DNA of 64,000 nt from the NCBI RefSeq assembly GCF_032191835.1, contig NC_083226.1, forward strand, positions 139,376,001-139,440,000, read 5' to 3'. The stretch comes from Heteronotia binoei. Lineage: Eukaryota. Both the position numbers and the translations under genes were made by a program. Of the stretch, positions 1-11,872 are shown piece by piece (within the stretch, counting starts at the first letter, position 1; each line of letters begins with the position of its first letter). The notes under the pieces were generated by a model. That model ran no database searches, had not been told where the DNA came from, and saw nothing but the letters and a program-made list of their open reading frames with translations.

Positions 1-1469
1 AGCTGATTCCCCCCCCTCCAGTACACTGTACATTTTAATTTTTTTTGTTCTGCATACATGCCTAGGAATTTTATTATTATATTTGGTGATTTTAGGATTT
101 TTAGGTTTATGTTTTTCTTTTCTTGTTAGCTGTCTGTGGAATTTTTGTCTGAGGAGCAGCACAGAAGCCTTTTAGACAAATAAAATTTACATTGATTGCC
201 TGTGAGACAATCTTGTGTTTATGTTATATCAAGCAGGAGCACGCGGTGGTTGGCAGCTTTTCCCTGTTACAAGCCTTTCTGTTGGTTGCTGGAATTTCAT
301 ATATGGTTGCTATTGATTATGATATTTGTGGATCCTTAATATGGTTACATTTATATCACACCTGTTGCTTATGTATCAGTGCAAGGTCCGACCTGTTCCA
401 ACAAATGTGTCCCAGATATTAACTCAAAGAAAGAATTAAAGATTACACATAAGGTTTTCTTTACCCAATAATTCAACAGGACAATATACACAAAATATTT
501 CCATGTTTAGATCATTAATATAGGTACAAACTCTATACATATTGTAGGGTTTACTGTATCTGATAGCCATCTGTGAGCCAAGATGTTTTCAATTGCTCTT
601 TTGCACGTTAGCAGATTTCACACATGGTCATGGCCTCAGCTACAAAGGGAAAAGCTGTAACTCTCAAAGAATGTTATAGAATTTGGAAATGAAAAAGCGC
701 TCTTCTCAACAGCACACTGGTGGTTATAAGCATGCCATGTGATGGTATAATTTGCTAATACCCTTGAGAGATCATTCCATATACACAAGTCTCACTTTCA
801 GGAAGCTATTCCTAATAGCTTAAAATTTTCATGCCACATTCCTCTTATATGTAGTTCCTTTGATTGCAGTTTATCAAAGCCAAACATCTTCTCAGCATGG
901 TTGTTTCCCATTAAGGATTTTTTTTGTAGAGTAGAAATCCATTTAACAAACCACTGGAATTCATGCTGTCCATGTAATTTGCAAAATCTGAGTAGGCATT
1001 TTATGTTTATAGCTAACAAATCTTGTGGAACCTGCAGAGACCAACAAATTCATCGCAGTATGAGATTTCACTGACCAGAGATAAGTTAGAGCTTTGATAC
1101 AGTGGACGAGATAGGTTCTGATGTACAAAATCATTTTCATAATAAATCTACTGTTCTCAAGGGTGCAGCAACAATCTAACACTTATTTGTGCAAGGTCAG
1201 ATCTGGTCCAAGCATTCTTTGAGAAATCAAAAGCTGTGCATACTCAGGGCTAAACTAGATGTGACACTGTCTACAGGTTCAACCCATGGACACCACCACA
1301 ATTTTAAAGCTGTAAAAACATACTATGAAGGACCAATTTTAACTGGGCCTGCAGTGTGGCAGTCTGAGGCACTCTTCTCCTGTCTCCATGGTTTCTGAAG
1401 TGCTGAAACAGCTGCATCCCCCACTGTAGCTGATTTGGCACTTGATAAGCCATGAGGGAGGGAAAGAGA

Positions 1470-1705
1470 AAGAGGAGTTGGATTTATACCCTGCCCTTCA
1501 CTCGGAATCTCAGAGCAGCTTCCAATCTCCTTTCCTTCCTCTTGCCACAATAGACACCATGTGATGTAGGTGAGGCTGAGAGAGTTCTGAGAGAACTGTG
1601 ACTGGCTCAAGGTTACCCAGCTGGCTGCATGTGAAGGAGTAGGCGATCAAACCCAGTTATCCAGATAAACTCCACTGCTCTTAACCACTATATCAGACCG
1701 GCTGA
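1470..1705 (-). mobile_element. Squam3-like tRNA-derived SINE
   Basis: Reverse complement of the family seen at 7548, 16706, 44660 and 55650. Confidence 0.8.
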
Positions 1706-4700
1706 GAGTGCCTCAGCCTGTGATGCTGATCTGGTCCTCATGGCATTTTAAAATCACTTTAAAGAGGTGCCAGTATCTACCAGTCAGACCTACAGATGCC
1801 TAGTGTGGTCCTCTGGCACAATAGCACTGAAAATGCTATACTGCTGTGCCATTAGTGGTCTATGCTAATTCGGTCTCCAGTTCAAATTTGATTATGACAT
1901 CATGAATTTAACTAAAACTGGCTCAAGCATTTTACCATATTTTTGTAAGCATGCTGAACATTATACTAAAGCACTGTTTCAAGCATGAACCTAAGAATGT
2001 TCCGAATAACATTTCAAAAATTCAGACAGCTAGGTTGGCATTTTCTAACTGATATGCTTAAACTAAAGATTTGTTTGCACTTAGTGGGCTGAAATAACTC
2101 TATTGCTTAGATACATTAATATGCCAGTTCAGCAACAATACTCAGTTATGGTGTTGCTACTTCTACAGATGGGTTGGCTAATGTTGTGTTCCAATGCACA
2201 AGATGTAAACAAGTTTCATGCTTGCCTTAATAATGCCTTAAGAAAATGCTGAAATTTCTGTAAGCAGAAAGGCTAAAAGTGCATCTGCATGTGAAAATTC
2301 TGCATACAAACTGCAATCCAGATCCTTTTTAAAAAGTTGTACTATGATCTGGAACCTCCATTCTACAACTTGTTTGTGTGTTTTTTTGAAATTGAGGTCA
2401 GCCAACTGCCACAGGTGTCAGAAGCAGTAGGGTCTCACCAAAGTAATGGCAGCATTGTACATGTGCAATGGATTTGTCTTATGATCAAGTGCTATGCCTC
2501 TAGCTCAAACAACACATGGCCCATAGTCATTTTCCACAGGATCAAAACCATGGGGCTCAACTGGCAGAGCAGTATTTCTGTTGAACTAGACCCACCCAGT
2601 GCTACAGACAGGAAGTTTCTAATAACACACCAGCAGAGATCCTTCATTAATGGCACATCCCAGCTGAGCAGTTTTGCATCCCATAGATTTCCAGAGGATC
2701 AAGTTAAGCATGTGCCAATTTGACCCCAACAAAGTCAACAGGACTTACAAATGTATAACTTTGTCTGCATTATGCCTTAACATACTATAATTTCACTAGA
2801 GAAAAATGCATTTAAGCCTTTCCAGCTCATGTCATCAAAAACGAAAGGTGCTCTTTTTCACTTTGCTGGTAGAAAAATAGTTATATGTTTCTCAAAGAGT
2901 TCAAACAGCTGTTGTATTTTAAGAAATAGGACAGTGTGCTGTGTCCTTCATAGCAACTAATGCTTTCTTTCCTCTGGGGAATTTGTAAACCTAGCTTTGA
3001 AAACATGAACAGTCAAGTGGAAATATTCTGAACAATTTCAAAACAGCCCTATTTGTGTCTGTACTAGCAGACAAGAGCAACTGATTGTTTCAGCAGTCAA
3101 CACACTTTATCTAAGCATGGCACAAATCATCCCCCTCCCCCAACACAGATGGGTCTTGTCTCTAGGGAGAACTGTTTAACTGTCTTGCGCTAATATCACT
3201 AGACAGAAGGCGGAGAAGAATTTCAAATGTGTAATAGCACAAGGCATTGAAGAAAAGCAAATCCATATACAACTATATGCAGAATGTGTAATACATCTAT
3301 ACAGTTATTTTTAAAAATTGTGAAATGGATTTTCTTAACAGTGTATTCATTCACGAGTTGATATTTTCCCCGTGGTTTGATGCCACCCCCTAAACTGGAC
3401 AGGATGTACATTCATTTTTAAACTGGCTTTCTTCTACTTTCTAACCCTTATTGACATTTACAAACAGCAAAAGGGATGGTTCTTTTGCAAAAACACACTA
3501 GACTTATTTAGAATGCCACTTAACATGGAATACAAACATCGCTTCATTCCACTGTGGCAGCTCTAACTTTCACCCCTCCCCATTAGCAATGTTTATTCCA
3601 TTTAAAAAATTAACCATTTCACAACATAGCGTTTGAAGAGCACTTGTTTTGTAATTAAGTACAACACTGATATAGGAAAAAATGGCTTTGGAATGTTTTT
3701 TACAGTACTTTACTAATGGATCCCAGGAAGAACTTAATGGGTATTTCCGAGCAAGAACTTAATGGGTAATTTCAAGCAAACATATTCACAGTGCAATCCT
3801 AGCCACAGTTACACCCTTCTACATCCACTAACCAACAGATTTAGGTGTAACTACATATCAGACAGGGAGCCACAGAGGTCCACAGCAAATATAACGGTAA
3901 GAAAATATTAAGAAATTGGATCCAGCAACTCATTGGTGGATGGTGCCAATAGTCCCAGATTTTTCCTGTTTTCCCCTTCCTCCCAGAAACCATATCTATC
4001 CCCAGGAAAGTTAACTCCTGGCAAAATCAGGGGAAGGTCTTGGCTTCTATAACCTAATGTTGGCTCTCCAGAGGAACTGGCTGGCCACTATGTGAGGATG
4101 CTGGACTAGATGGACCACTGGTCTGAAACAGCAGGGCTTTTATGTTTTTATGACAGCTATATGTGTTGGTAGTAGGGTTGCCAATTCCCAGTTGAAGGCA
4201 GGAAATCGCCCAGTTTGGAAGCCCTCCCCCTGCTTCAGGGTTATCAGAAAGCAGGGGGGGGGGGAGGAAAATGTCTGCTGGGCACTCCATTATTTCCTAT
4301 GGAGACCAAGGTTCCAATAGGGTATAATGGAGAATCAATCCATGGATATATGGGGAGGGTGTTGTTTTTTGAGGCAGAGGCACAAAATTTTCAGCATATT
4401 ATCTGGTGACTCTCCGCAAAACACTCCCCGAGTTTCAAAATGTTTGGACCAGGGGGTCCAATTCTATGAAACCCAAAAGAAGGTACCACTATTCTCTATT
4501 ACCTGCAAATGGAGGGAAGATAGTCCCTTTAAATGTGATGGCTAGAATTTCCTTTGGAGTTCATTCATGCTTCTCATAACCTTGTTCCTGGCTCCACCCC
4601 CAAAATCCCCAGATATTTCTTTAATTGGACCTGGCAATCCCAGTTGGTGGGCTGGAGGGAGAGAAGGTGACATTGCCACCATAACAACAGTACCAGGCTG

Positions 4701-5419
4701 CTTCCTGCCGCTCACACACACAGGCCCCTTCCTCAAGAAAATTATGTATTCCTCAACACTCCGCCCCCCCCCATGCACTCTGTAGCTTAAAACCAGTGCT
4801 TAATTTTTTAAGTTTTATCAGTACGAAAAACAAACACACACACACCCCACTTGGTTAGTTTTTCCTACATAACACTGGCAGCCCTGGATTTAACAGACAT
4901 CTACTAAGGCCTATTTTATCACTGCAACCCTCTCTACTGCCACAAACCCTAATGCCACAGAAACCTCTATGCCTTTTAGCATTAGGAGATACAAATCATT
5001 ATATATATATATATATAAAAAAACCCAATGGTGCTTTATAGATTCGAATGATACCAGATTTCATACACTGTAGTCTGCATCCAATTCAGTTTGATTACTG
5101 CTAACAAAAGAAACAGGAGTGCAGAGCATCTTAAAGGCAAATAAAATTTATTTCAGCCCAAGCCTTCATAAGTCAGATCTCAGTGCATTAAAGTGAGTAT
5201 CTGACCCACAAAACAATGTTGCAAGCAACTGTGTTGGTCTTTACAGAAGGTATTGGTGGACTCCTTTTGTTTTCCTGCTACAGACTAACCATCTGAAATT
5301 AGACTACTAAAAACACAGTAAGCTTGTTGGCGTTTTAAAATACTATAGAATTCCTCAGAAGGTTTGTGACTATATATAGTATTATTTATTTACAACTCTT
5401 AAAAAAAAAAACTTTCCGA

Positions 5420-6700
5420 CCACCCCTCAGACTCCAAAGCGTATGTTTGCACGCGGTCACGTCAAGCTTGCACTCTCTCAAACACCCCCCACGCTCAAGA
5501 AGCGCATTTTCTTCTTGCTCGCACCGCAGGCTTCTTCCTATCATAAATTGGAGCGGCGCGTAAAAAACCTGCGGCAGCTCACAAAGCAGCGCCTGGCTGG
5601 CCGCGGCACGCCAACGGCTCCTCCAGCAACAGCTTCGCCCTGACTGACAGCCCCGGTGGCAACCAAGGACCGCCGGACACATCCAGCAATGCCGCGCGAG
5701 AGTCAAGGAAGGGCCCCGGAAGGGCCAGTCCCGGTAGTCCCTCCTGCGGTCAAGAATTTGCAGCGCTGCCAGGCGAGGCTGCTAGCACCAGGTGGGATCT
5801 CAGTGCCGGGGCGGGGGCAGCCCGAATGAAATAGACGCAGGAGCCACGGCGGCCGCCCGACGCAAAACAGGCACTGGCACAGCCCCAGTGCCACCGCCGC
5901 CCGCCACGCAAGCCAGCTGTCCCCTGCGTGTGGAGCGCCTGGGGAGAGGAAGCGGCCCGAGACAGCCTGCCCCCGCGGTCCCCAGGCTCTGCCTTACCTG
6001 CCCCGCGCAACAGGGCGCGGACATGCTTGCCAGGGACGGCCGGGGCTCTTCTGCTCACCGCGGCCTCTCTCCGTCTCCCTCTTGCGCGGGCGGCCAGCCA
6101 CGCAGCCCAGGCACCGCCGACGCGTTCCCCACGCAGGCCCTCCTCACAGCCTGGGCGCGCAGAAAGCGCACACGCGCCCCCTAGAGCGGCGAGAAGCGCG
6201 ATGCCTTAGCTCCTGCCACGGCGGGTGCCTGGGTGGACAGCTCGAGCCCAGCCCAAAACACGCAGAGCTTCCGCTGTCGTCAGTTTGCTTAGCAGCAGAT
6301 AAATAAAGGCTTTCCGGTGCTGGAGGATCCCAAGCGCCTGCCCTGTTGTGAAGCTAGGCTCCGAGCAGGACTGCGGGAGCCCAGCGGAGGCCACCTGTCC
6401 GCCTCCTCCCTCCAAGGGGCTACTTGGCGCTGCTTTACGAGGCCAGAGCTCCAGCCGCCTCCCGGGCCCAGAATTTGAGGGAGAGAGTACGTTGCGCGCA
6501 GTCTGCCAGAGGAGGGGGCGGCTTTGGTTTCCAGGACAGGCTGGCTTCACTTCCGCACGTGGGAACTCCTTGGAGGAAGTGTGTCATGTGCCGAACAGGT
6601 GATGGAGGATATGGGAAGGAGCAATCCCTCTCCCTCCTACTGTGGCTAAGGGAAGCCCCCCCCCCCCCCCGCTAAACTAGCAGGGGCGATGATTGGCTTA
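5420..6700. promoter_or_regulatory. CpG island / putative promoter of an unidentified, probably minus-strand, transcript
   Basis: GC- and CpG-rich. GTCACGTCA 5456-5464, CTCF-like motif 6174-6187, ETS CACTTCCG 6548-6555, E-box CACGTG 6556-6561, reverse CCAAT 6692-6696. Minus-strand donors GTGAGC (6058) and GTAAGG (5997); acceptor CTTCCTCTCCCCAG (AG at 5940-5939). Confidence 0.7.
6174..6187 (-). promoter_or_regulatory. CTCF-binding motif
   Basis: Minus strand GCTCTAGGGGGCGC, close to the CTCF core CCASYAGRKGGCRS, inside a CpG island. Confidence 0.6.
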
Positions 6701-6975
6701 CAGGCTCCAAGAAATAAAAACAGTATATCTACCTGCAAATCTGGTTGGAGCAGAAGTCTTAGCAATGCTGTCGGAACACATATTTGAACCAAGATTCATC
6801 ACAACTCATTAGATTGAAGAGCAAGACTGAATGAAAATAAAACGTCTCAATAGCCAACTAGTGTTAAGTGAAGGAGACCATCCTATCTATGGGAAAGGCC
6901 TCCTTACAATCTCATTGTAATTTTAATTGGAAAAAAAAAATACTGAGTCATCTGGCCCTTGGTATGTGCCCATTA

Positions 6976-7262
6976 GCAGCCCCATGGTGCAGAGTGGTAA
7001 AGCTGCAGTACTGCAGTCCTAAGCTCTGCTCACAATCTGAGTTTGATCCTGGTGGAAGCTAGGTTCAGACAGCCGGCTCCAGGTTGACTCAGCCTTCCAT
7101 CCTTCTGAGGTCAGTAAAACGAGGACCCAGCTTGTTGGGGGTAAGGTGTAAGTGACTGGGGAAAACCACCCTGTAAAAAAGTCTGCCATGAAAATGTTGA
7201 TGCGATGTCACCCCAGAGTTGCGAACAACTGGTGCTTGCACAGGTAACTACTTTTACCTTTT
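6976..7262 (+). mobile_element. Second tRNA-derived SINE family (Squam2-like; central core and RTE-like tail)
   Basis: TGGTGCAGAGTGGTAAAGCTGCAG..GGTTGACTCAGCCTTCCATCCTTC..CACCCCAGAGT..TTTACCTTT. Confidence 0.75.
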
Positions 7263-7448
7263 TAAAAACATGGCCATTAGTCTGACTCCTCCTGAACCCG
7301 CAGTTCTCTTTAACTTATCTAGATAAATTGATTTAGATGCTCCACAAACAGAAGGTGGGAAAGAAAGTTGGCCACCTGCAAGCAAAATTCTTTTGCTACG
7401 GCAATGGAGATCTATGTGCAGATTCAAGAAACGAAAAGTGCACTATAT

Positions 7449-8096
7449 CAGTGGTCCCCAACCTTTTTGGCACCAGGGACCGGTTTTGTGGAAGACAGGT
7501 TTTCCAGGGACCGAGGGTGGTGATAGTGGTTTCAGGTTTATTTCTATTAGTATGGTGTGGTGGTTAAGTTTGTGGACTCTTATCTGGGAGAATCGGGTTT
7601 GATTCCCCACTCCTCCACTTGCACCTGCTGGAATGGCCTTGGGTCAGCCATAGCTCTGGCAGAGGTTGTCCTTGAAAGGGCAGCTTCTGGGAGAGCTCCC
7701 TCAGCCCCACCCACTTCACAGAGCGTCTGTTGTGGGGGAGGAAGGTAAAGGAGATTGTGAGCTGCTCTGAGACTCTGAAATTCGAAGTAGAGGGCAGGAT
7801 GTAAATCCAATATATTATTATTATTACTACTACTACACTGTAATACATAATAATAATAATAAAATTTTATTTATACCCCGCCCTCCCCGCCGGGGCAGGC
7901 TCAGGGCGGCTTACAGGGTGTGGCAAAAGCCATGTTGAACAATAAAACAATTATACATTTCTATACCATTTAAAATTTACCATTAAGTTTTACATAATAT
8001 GTAATGAAATAATGAAATAATTATACAACTCATGGCCCGGTTGCTAACAGGCCACGGACTGGTACCGGTCCATGGACTGGGGGTTAGAGACCTCTG
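7449..8096. mobile_element. hAT non-autonomous element carrying a nested SINE and an L2 tail
   Basis: Ends CAGTGGTCCCCAACC / GGTTAGAGACCTCTG; 8-bp TSD CACTATAT / CACTAGAT. Confidence 0.75.
7548..7830 (+). mobile_element. Squam3-like SINE
   Basis: A-box TGGTGTGGTGGTTAAG, B-box GGTTTGATTCC, body CTCAGCCCCACC..CACAG, short AT-rich tail. Confidence 0.85.
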
Positions 8097-8394
8097 CACT
8101 AGATGACTCACATTTTTGTCTTGTCCTTTCTACAAGGTGCTTGGGGGTAGCATACACGGCCAACCAATTCCTTCTTGTTCTCCTCACAATCACCCTTGGA
8201 GATCTGAACACTCAGTGGCCTCCCTAGTCCAGCCGTTTTAACCACTACACCCACTGCACTCGCCAGTAGCTAAAAGAATGGTGATCTGGAGGTTACCAGT
8301 TCAAACATCTTTACATCCGCTTTACATTAGCCACTTTCTCTCCCCACATCTACAGTACTAGCCTTCCATGCATGGCTACTTTAACAACAGCAGC

Positions 8395-8490
8395 AATGTA
8401 TATGAAGAAATGTGCACGCACATGAAAGCTTATACCTTGAATAAAACATTGTTCCATTGCTTCAGACAACAAAGCTACCCACTTGAGTAT
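8395..8490 (+). repeat. Solo Penelope-type terminal repeat with degenerate hammerhead motif; related copies near 5110-5300, 27625-27750, 30570-30700, 32660-32800, 55000-55210, 57210-57310, 58020-58115
   Basis: Shared TGAAGAAGTGTGCATGCACACGAAAGCTTATACC..TTTGTTGGTCTTAAAGGTGCCACTGGACTCAAACTTTGTTC seen in many copies. Confidence 0.65.
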
Positions 8491-9620
8491 AGGATATAAT
8501 TTGAACATAGAAAACACTACATGTATGCTTAGATGCTAGAAAATTCATGAACTTATTTCATTTGTGGGGATAATTAAATTGAGCTTGACCTCTCTCCCTT
8601 CCTCTGTGGGTCTCTATTGTCAGACTTTAACTTATAAGCTCCTCAAGGCGGGGAACACTTTTGCTTTTCTTGTTCAATAAAGAACAATGGAACCGTATAT
8701 CCTGTAGCCAGGAATTTGTCAGGGGGCACTGGCTTTCAGGAAGGGGTCCTAATTAAAATGTAAATTTAATTAAGGAGCAGTAAGTATGTACTATTCTGCC
8801 CCCCTGCTAGCAGGGGAGGTAGAACCTGAGTTGTAAAGAGCTGTGCTGGCCCAAAGTGATTCCTGTAACAAGGGTCTCTTTGGGCTGCCTCCACAACACC
8901 AATGCGAGGAAGGAAGGAAAGATTACAAAGACTGGCATGGATTAAAAGGCAAGGTAGTCCCTCCTGTGCCAGCCCTTGTAATCCTGTATTCTCTCCCCCC
9001 CCCCCCCCGCACCCCACCAAAAGGAGAAGAAAGGAAGGATTTAGGATTTACAAGTGTTGGTGCAGAACAGCAAGGATTTTAAAAGGCAAAGTACTTTGGT
9101 GAGGGTGGGGAGGAGGGAGGGAGGCAGTGGTGGGGGCACTGAAGATTTTATACGGGGGCCATCTTCTGCATCCCCCTCCCCTGGGCTGGCCACAGCCCTG
9201 GAACCACATACACTGGAGTAAAAATCCAGGCATTTAATGATCCTGCTTTATTGCATGTATTACACATTCTTTTTAATTGTATAGCTGCAGCAAGAAAGAC
9301 TGCAAAGCTGCCTAGCAGTTGATTTTACATGTTGATTGCCTAAGAACAGTTTAAAATGGTTCTAGTCTTTCAAGTTTATTACTTGTAAATGGAATTCTGA
9401 GCTTTTTATGGCATCAGCTGTTTTTTTCTTCAGACACTAGCTTCTAAAAGCATAACAACGGCACTCTACATAAAGCTAGTCAGTAAAATCCTTCCACTCA
9501 GAAAGGCTTGAATACAATGCTTCCATTTACTTGAACATTGGTTTTTTGTGCCACAATAGTAAATTAATAATTTGTTATGGCATCTACTATATACGACTCC
9601 TGGGATACTCAGCTGTGATA

Positions 9621-9684
9621 CACAGCCCCAGTGCCACCGCCGCCCGCCACGCAAGCCAGCTGTCCCCCGCGTGTGGAGCGCCTG
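9621..9684. repeat. 64-bp copy of 5878-5941 (one mismatch)
   Basis: Direct comparison of the two segments. Confidence 0.95.
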
Positions 9685-10029
9685 TGCGTACTTTGGTGAG
9701 GGGGGGGAGGAGGCGCCTGTACGCGCCTGTATCTCTGTCTTCCACTTGACAGAGATACAAATCTGATTGACTTTTCAAGTATGTAGAACATTATGTAACC
9801 TTTATCCTTCCTAATACCTCTCTGAAAGACAATATATTCCCATGCTGATTATGGTACCCTTCTAGATTGCCCTTTTGGGGTTGGACTAGAGGCCCTATTT
9901 TGCAGTGGTTTCAGTCCTACGTCAGAAGTAGGAATCAGAGTGTGGTACTGGGGAACTGCTGCTCAGCACTTCAGTCTCTGGCCTACAGGATCCTATAACA
10001 CCCCATCTTGTCTCCCATGCTTTTAAACA

Positions 10030-10720
10030 TCCATTTGAAGCCTCTAGGAGGAGTCATTTGGACTGTGTTCCAACAGTATGCAGATGACATCTCTATCTTC
10101 CAGCAGACCCAAGGGAGGCTGTGGAAACCATGAACTACCTGGAGTCAGTTTTGGGATGGATGAAAGCTAACAAGCTGAAACCTGATCCTGACAAAATGGG
10201 GATGCTACTGTTGGGAGGAAGGTTTGACACAGGAATTAGGATGTCTCCTGTTCAGGATTGAGTTGTATTATCCCTGAAGGAGCAGGTTTGTATCTTGGGT
10301 GTGCTGGTGCTGCTGAACCTGGGCCTCCTATTGGATAAACAGGAGGCAGCAGTGGCCAAGAATGCCTTTTATCAGTTTGGCAGGTGAGCCACCAGCTGCT
10401 CTGCATAAGCACAAGAGGTCTTGCCACTGCAGTGCATGCCCTGGTAACATGCAGATAAGATTCCTGCAATGCATTCTATGGAGGGCTACTCTTGAAGACT
10501 GTCCAGAAGGTATGGTTGGTGTAACAATGGCAGCAACCAGGATGTAAACTGGAGCAAGTCACAGTGACTCTATCACTCTGCTCTTGTGCCATCTGCAGGG
10601 GCTTTCAGTTTGCTTTTGGGCCCTAATCAGTATGTTAGTGTTGACCTTTAAAGCCATATATGGCTTGGAACCAGGGTATCTTAAGGACTGTCTAGTCCCA
10701 TATGAATGTACCTGACCATT
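10030..10720 (+). mobile_element. Old, degenerate L2 RT fragment
   Basis: Remnants QQYADDISI, LESVLGWMKANKL..PDK, and downstream similarity to the younger L2 C-terminus; many stops and indels. Confidence 0.75.
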
Positions 10721-10733
10721 CATCTCTGGTTAA

Positions 10734-10952
10734 GAGTCAGTGTAGTAGTTAAGAGTGTTGGATTAGTATCTGGAAGACCCAGGTTCAAATCCCTGCTGGT
10801 GTCATGGAAGCTTGCTGGGTGACCTTGGGCCAGTCACACACTCTCAGCCTAACCTACCTCACAGGGTTGTTGTGAGAATAAACCAGAAAAGAAACTGATG
10901 TAATCTATTTTGGGTTACCACTAGTGAGAAAGACAGGGTATAAATGAATTCA
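10734..10952 (+). mobile_element. Squam3-like SINE (older subfamily)
   Basis: GTGTAGTAGTTAAGAG..GGTTCAAATCC..GGGTGACCTTGGGCCAGTC..CTCAGCCTAACCTACCTCACAGGG. Confidence 0.8.
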
Positions 10953-11872
10953 TTAAATTCATGTGCTATAAAATGGAATAATATCTGCCATCTTTATGGA
11001 ATAACATCTTGTCATGATGTAAGACAGCCAGGCTGGGCAATATTGTGATGACTGGAAATTTTCTGAGTGCTGTTGTCTGTTCATAAAATATTTTTATTGT
11101 ATTTTATTGTTTTTGCTCCGCCCTGAGCCCTACGGGGAATGGGTGGAATAGAAATATACTAAAAAAAATCTTCAGAGGACTTGCTTTGTGTACCCCTGAC
11201 ATTTGGAGCTAGACAGGTGGCAACCCCCCCCAAAAACCCTGCCTTTTCAGTCATGGCACTAAAGCTTTGGAAGTCCCTCCCCAGGGAGATTCAGGTTTCC
11301 CTCTATAGTTGTCTGCCATCAACAGGTGAAGATTTTGCTTTGCTTTTCATGTTAGCCCTCCTCTCTGTTTTAATGTCAGCCACCTTGGGGATCAGACCCT
11401 GAGTTGGGTGGTAAGGTGGCAGAAATGTTTCAAATAATAATTCAAGGGGCAAAATATAAGATTTGATCCGCTTTACTTAGCAAGCACATGTCTGAGATCA
11501 ACATATGAACTCAGGTCTAAGTTCCCACTATCTTTATCCACTCCAGAACATACTTACTTCTCACATTTGTTTGTCTAGGTGGGGAAAAGCCTAACATTTA
11601 AATACTGGCATATAAGGAAGCCTTTCCAAGCACACATCTGCTAGACATCAAACAAATCACCTCATGAAAGTGGCATTGGCATGTCTAACTGGAAAAAAGT
11701 GAGCATACATTTTGGCCTCTCCTCCATCTAACATACATACTTGGAGAACAAAGACTCATCTGTATACAGATCAGCACTCTATGCACCTGGGAGATTCTTA
11801 CAATTTCCTACCCCATGGATGCATACTGCAACACTCCTTTTAGCAGTGCTGTGTACTGGATTCCCTTTATCT

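Noticed and set aside
798-1033. Exon-like minus-strand segment with acceptor and donor
   Set aside because: Stop codons in all frames and no recognisable protein; cannot be supported without RNA data.
2337-2723. 128-aa plus-strand ORF
   Set aside because: Starts at a non-ATG codon, has no recognisable domain or convincing splice context, and the reverse strand has stops; consistent with chance.
3728-3778. 25-bp tandem duplication AAGAACTTAATGGGTA..
   Set aside because: Two diverged copies only, typical of replication slippage.
5939-5997. 59-nt GT-AG intron candidate
   Set aside because: Probably too short for a vertebrate intron; the 120-nt intron from 6058 is more plausible.
5386-6675. 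Many overlapping ORFs in the CpG island, including 106, 130 and 114 aa
   Set aside because: GC-rich DNA lacks stop codons. No match to CCDC125, SMN, SERF1, AK6, TAF9, GTF2H2 or RAD17 as I know them; weak resemblances (VLRRAAA, CTGCTCACCG) lacked correct splice context.
6976-7262. Possible tRNA genes here and at other A/B-box sites
   Set aside because: No cloverleaf; each continues into a SINE body present in several copies.
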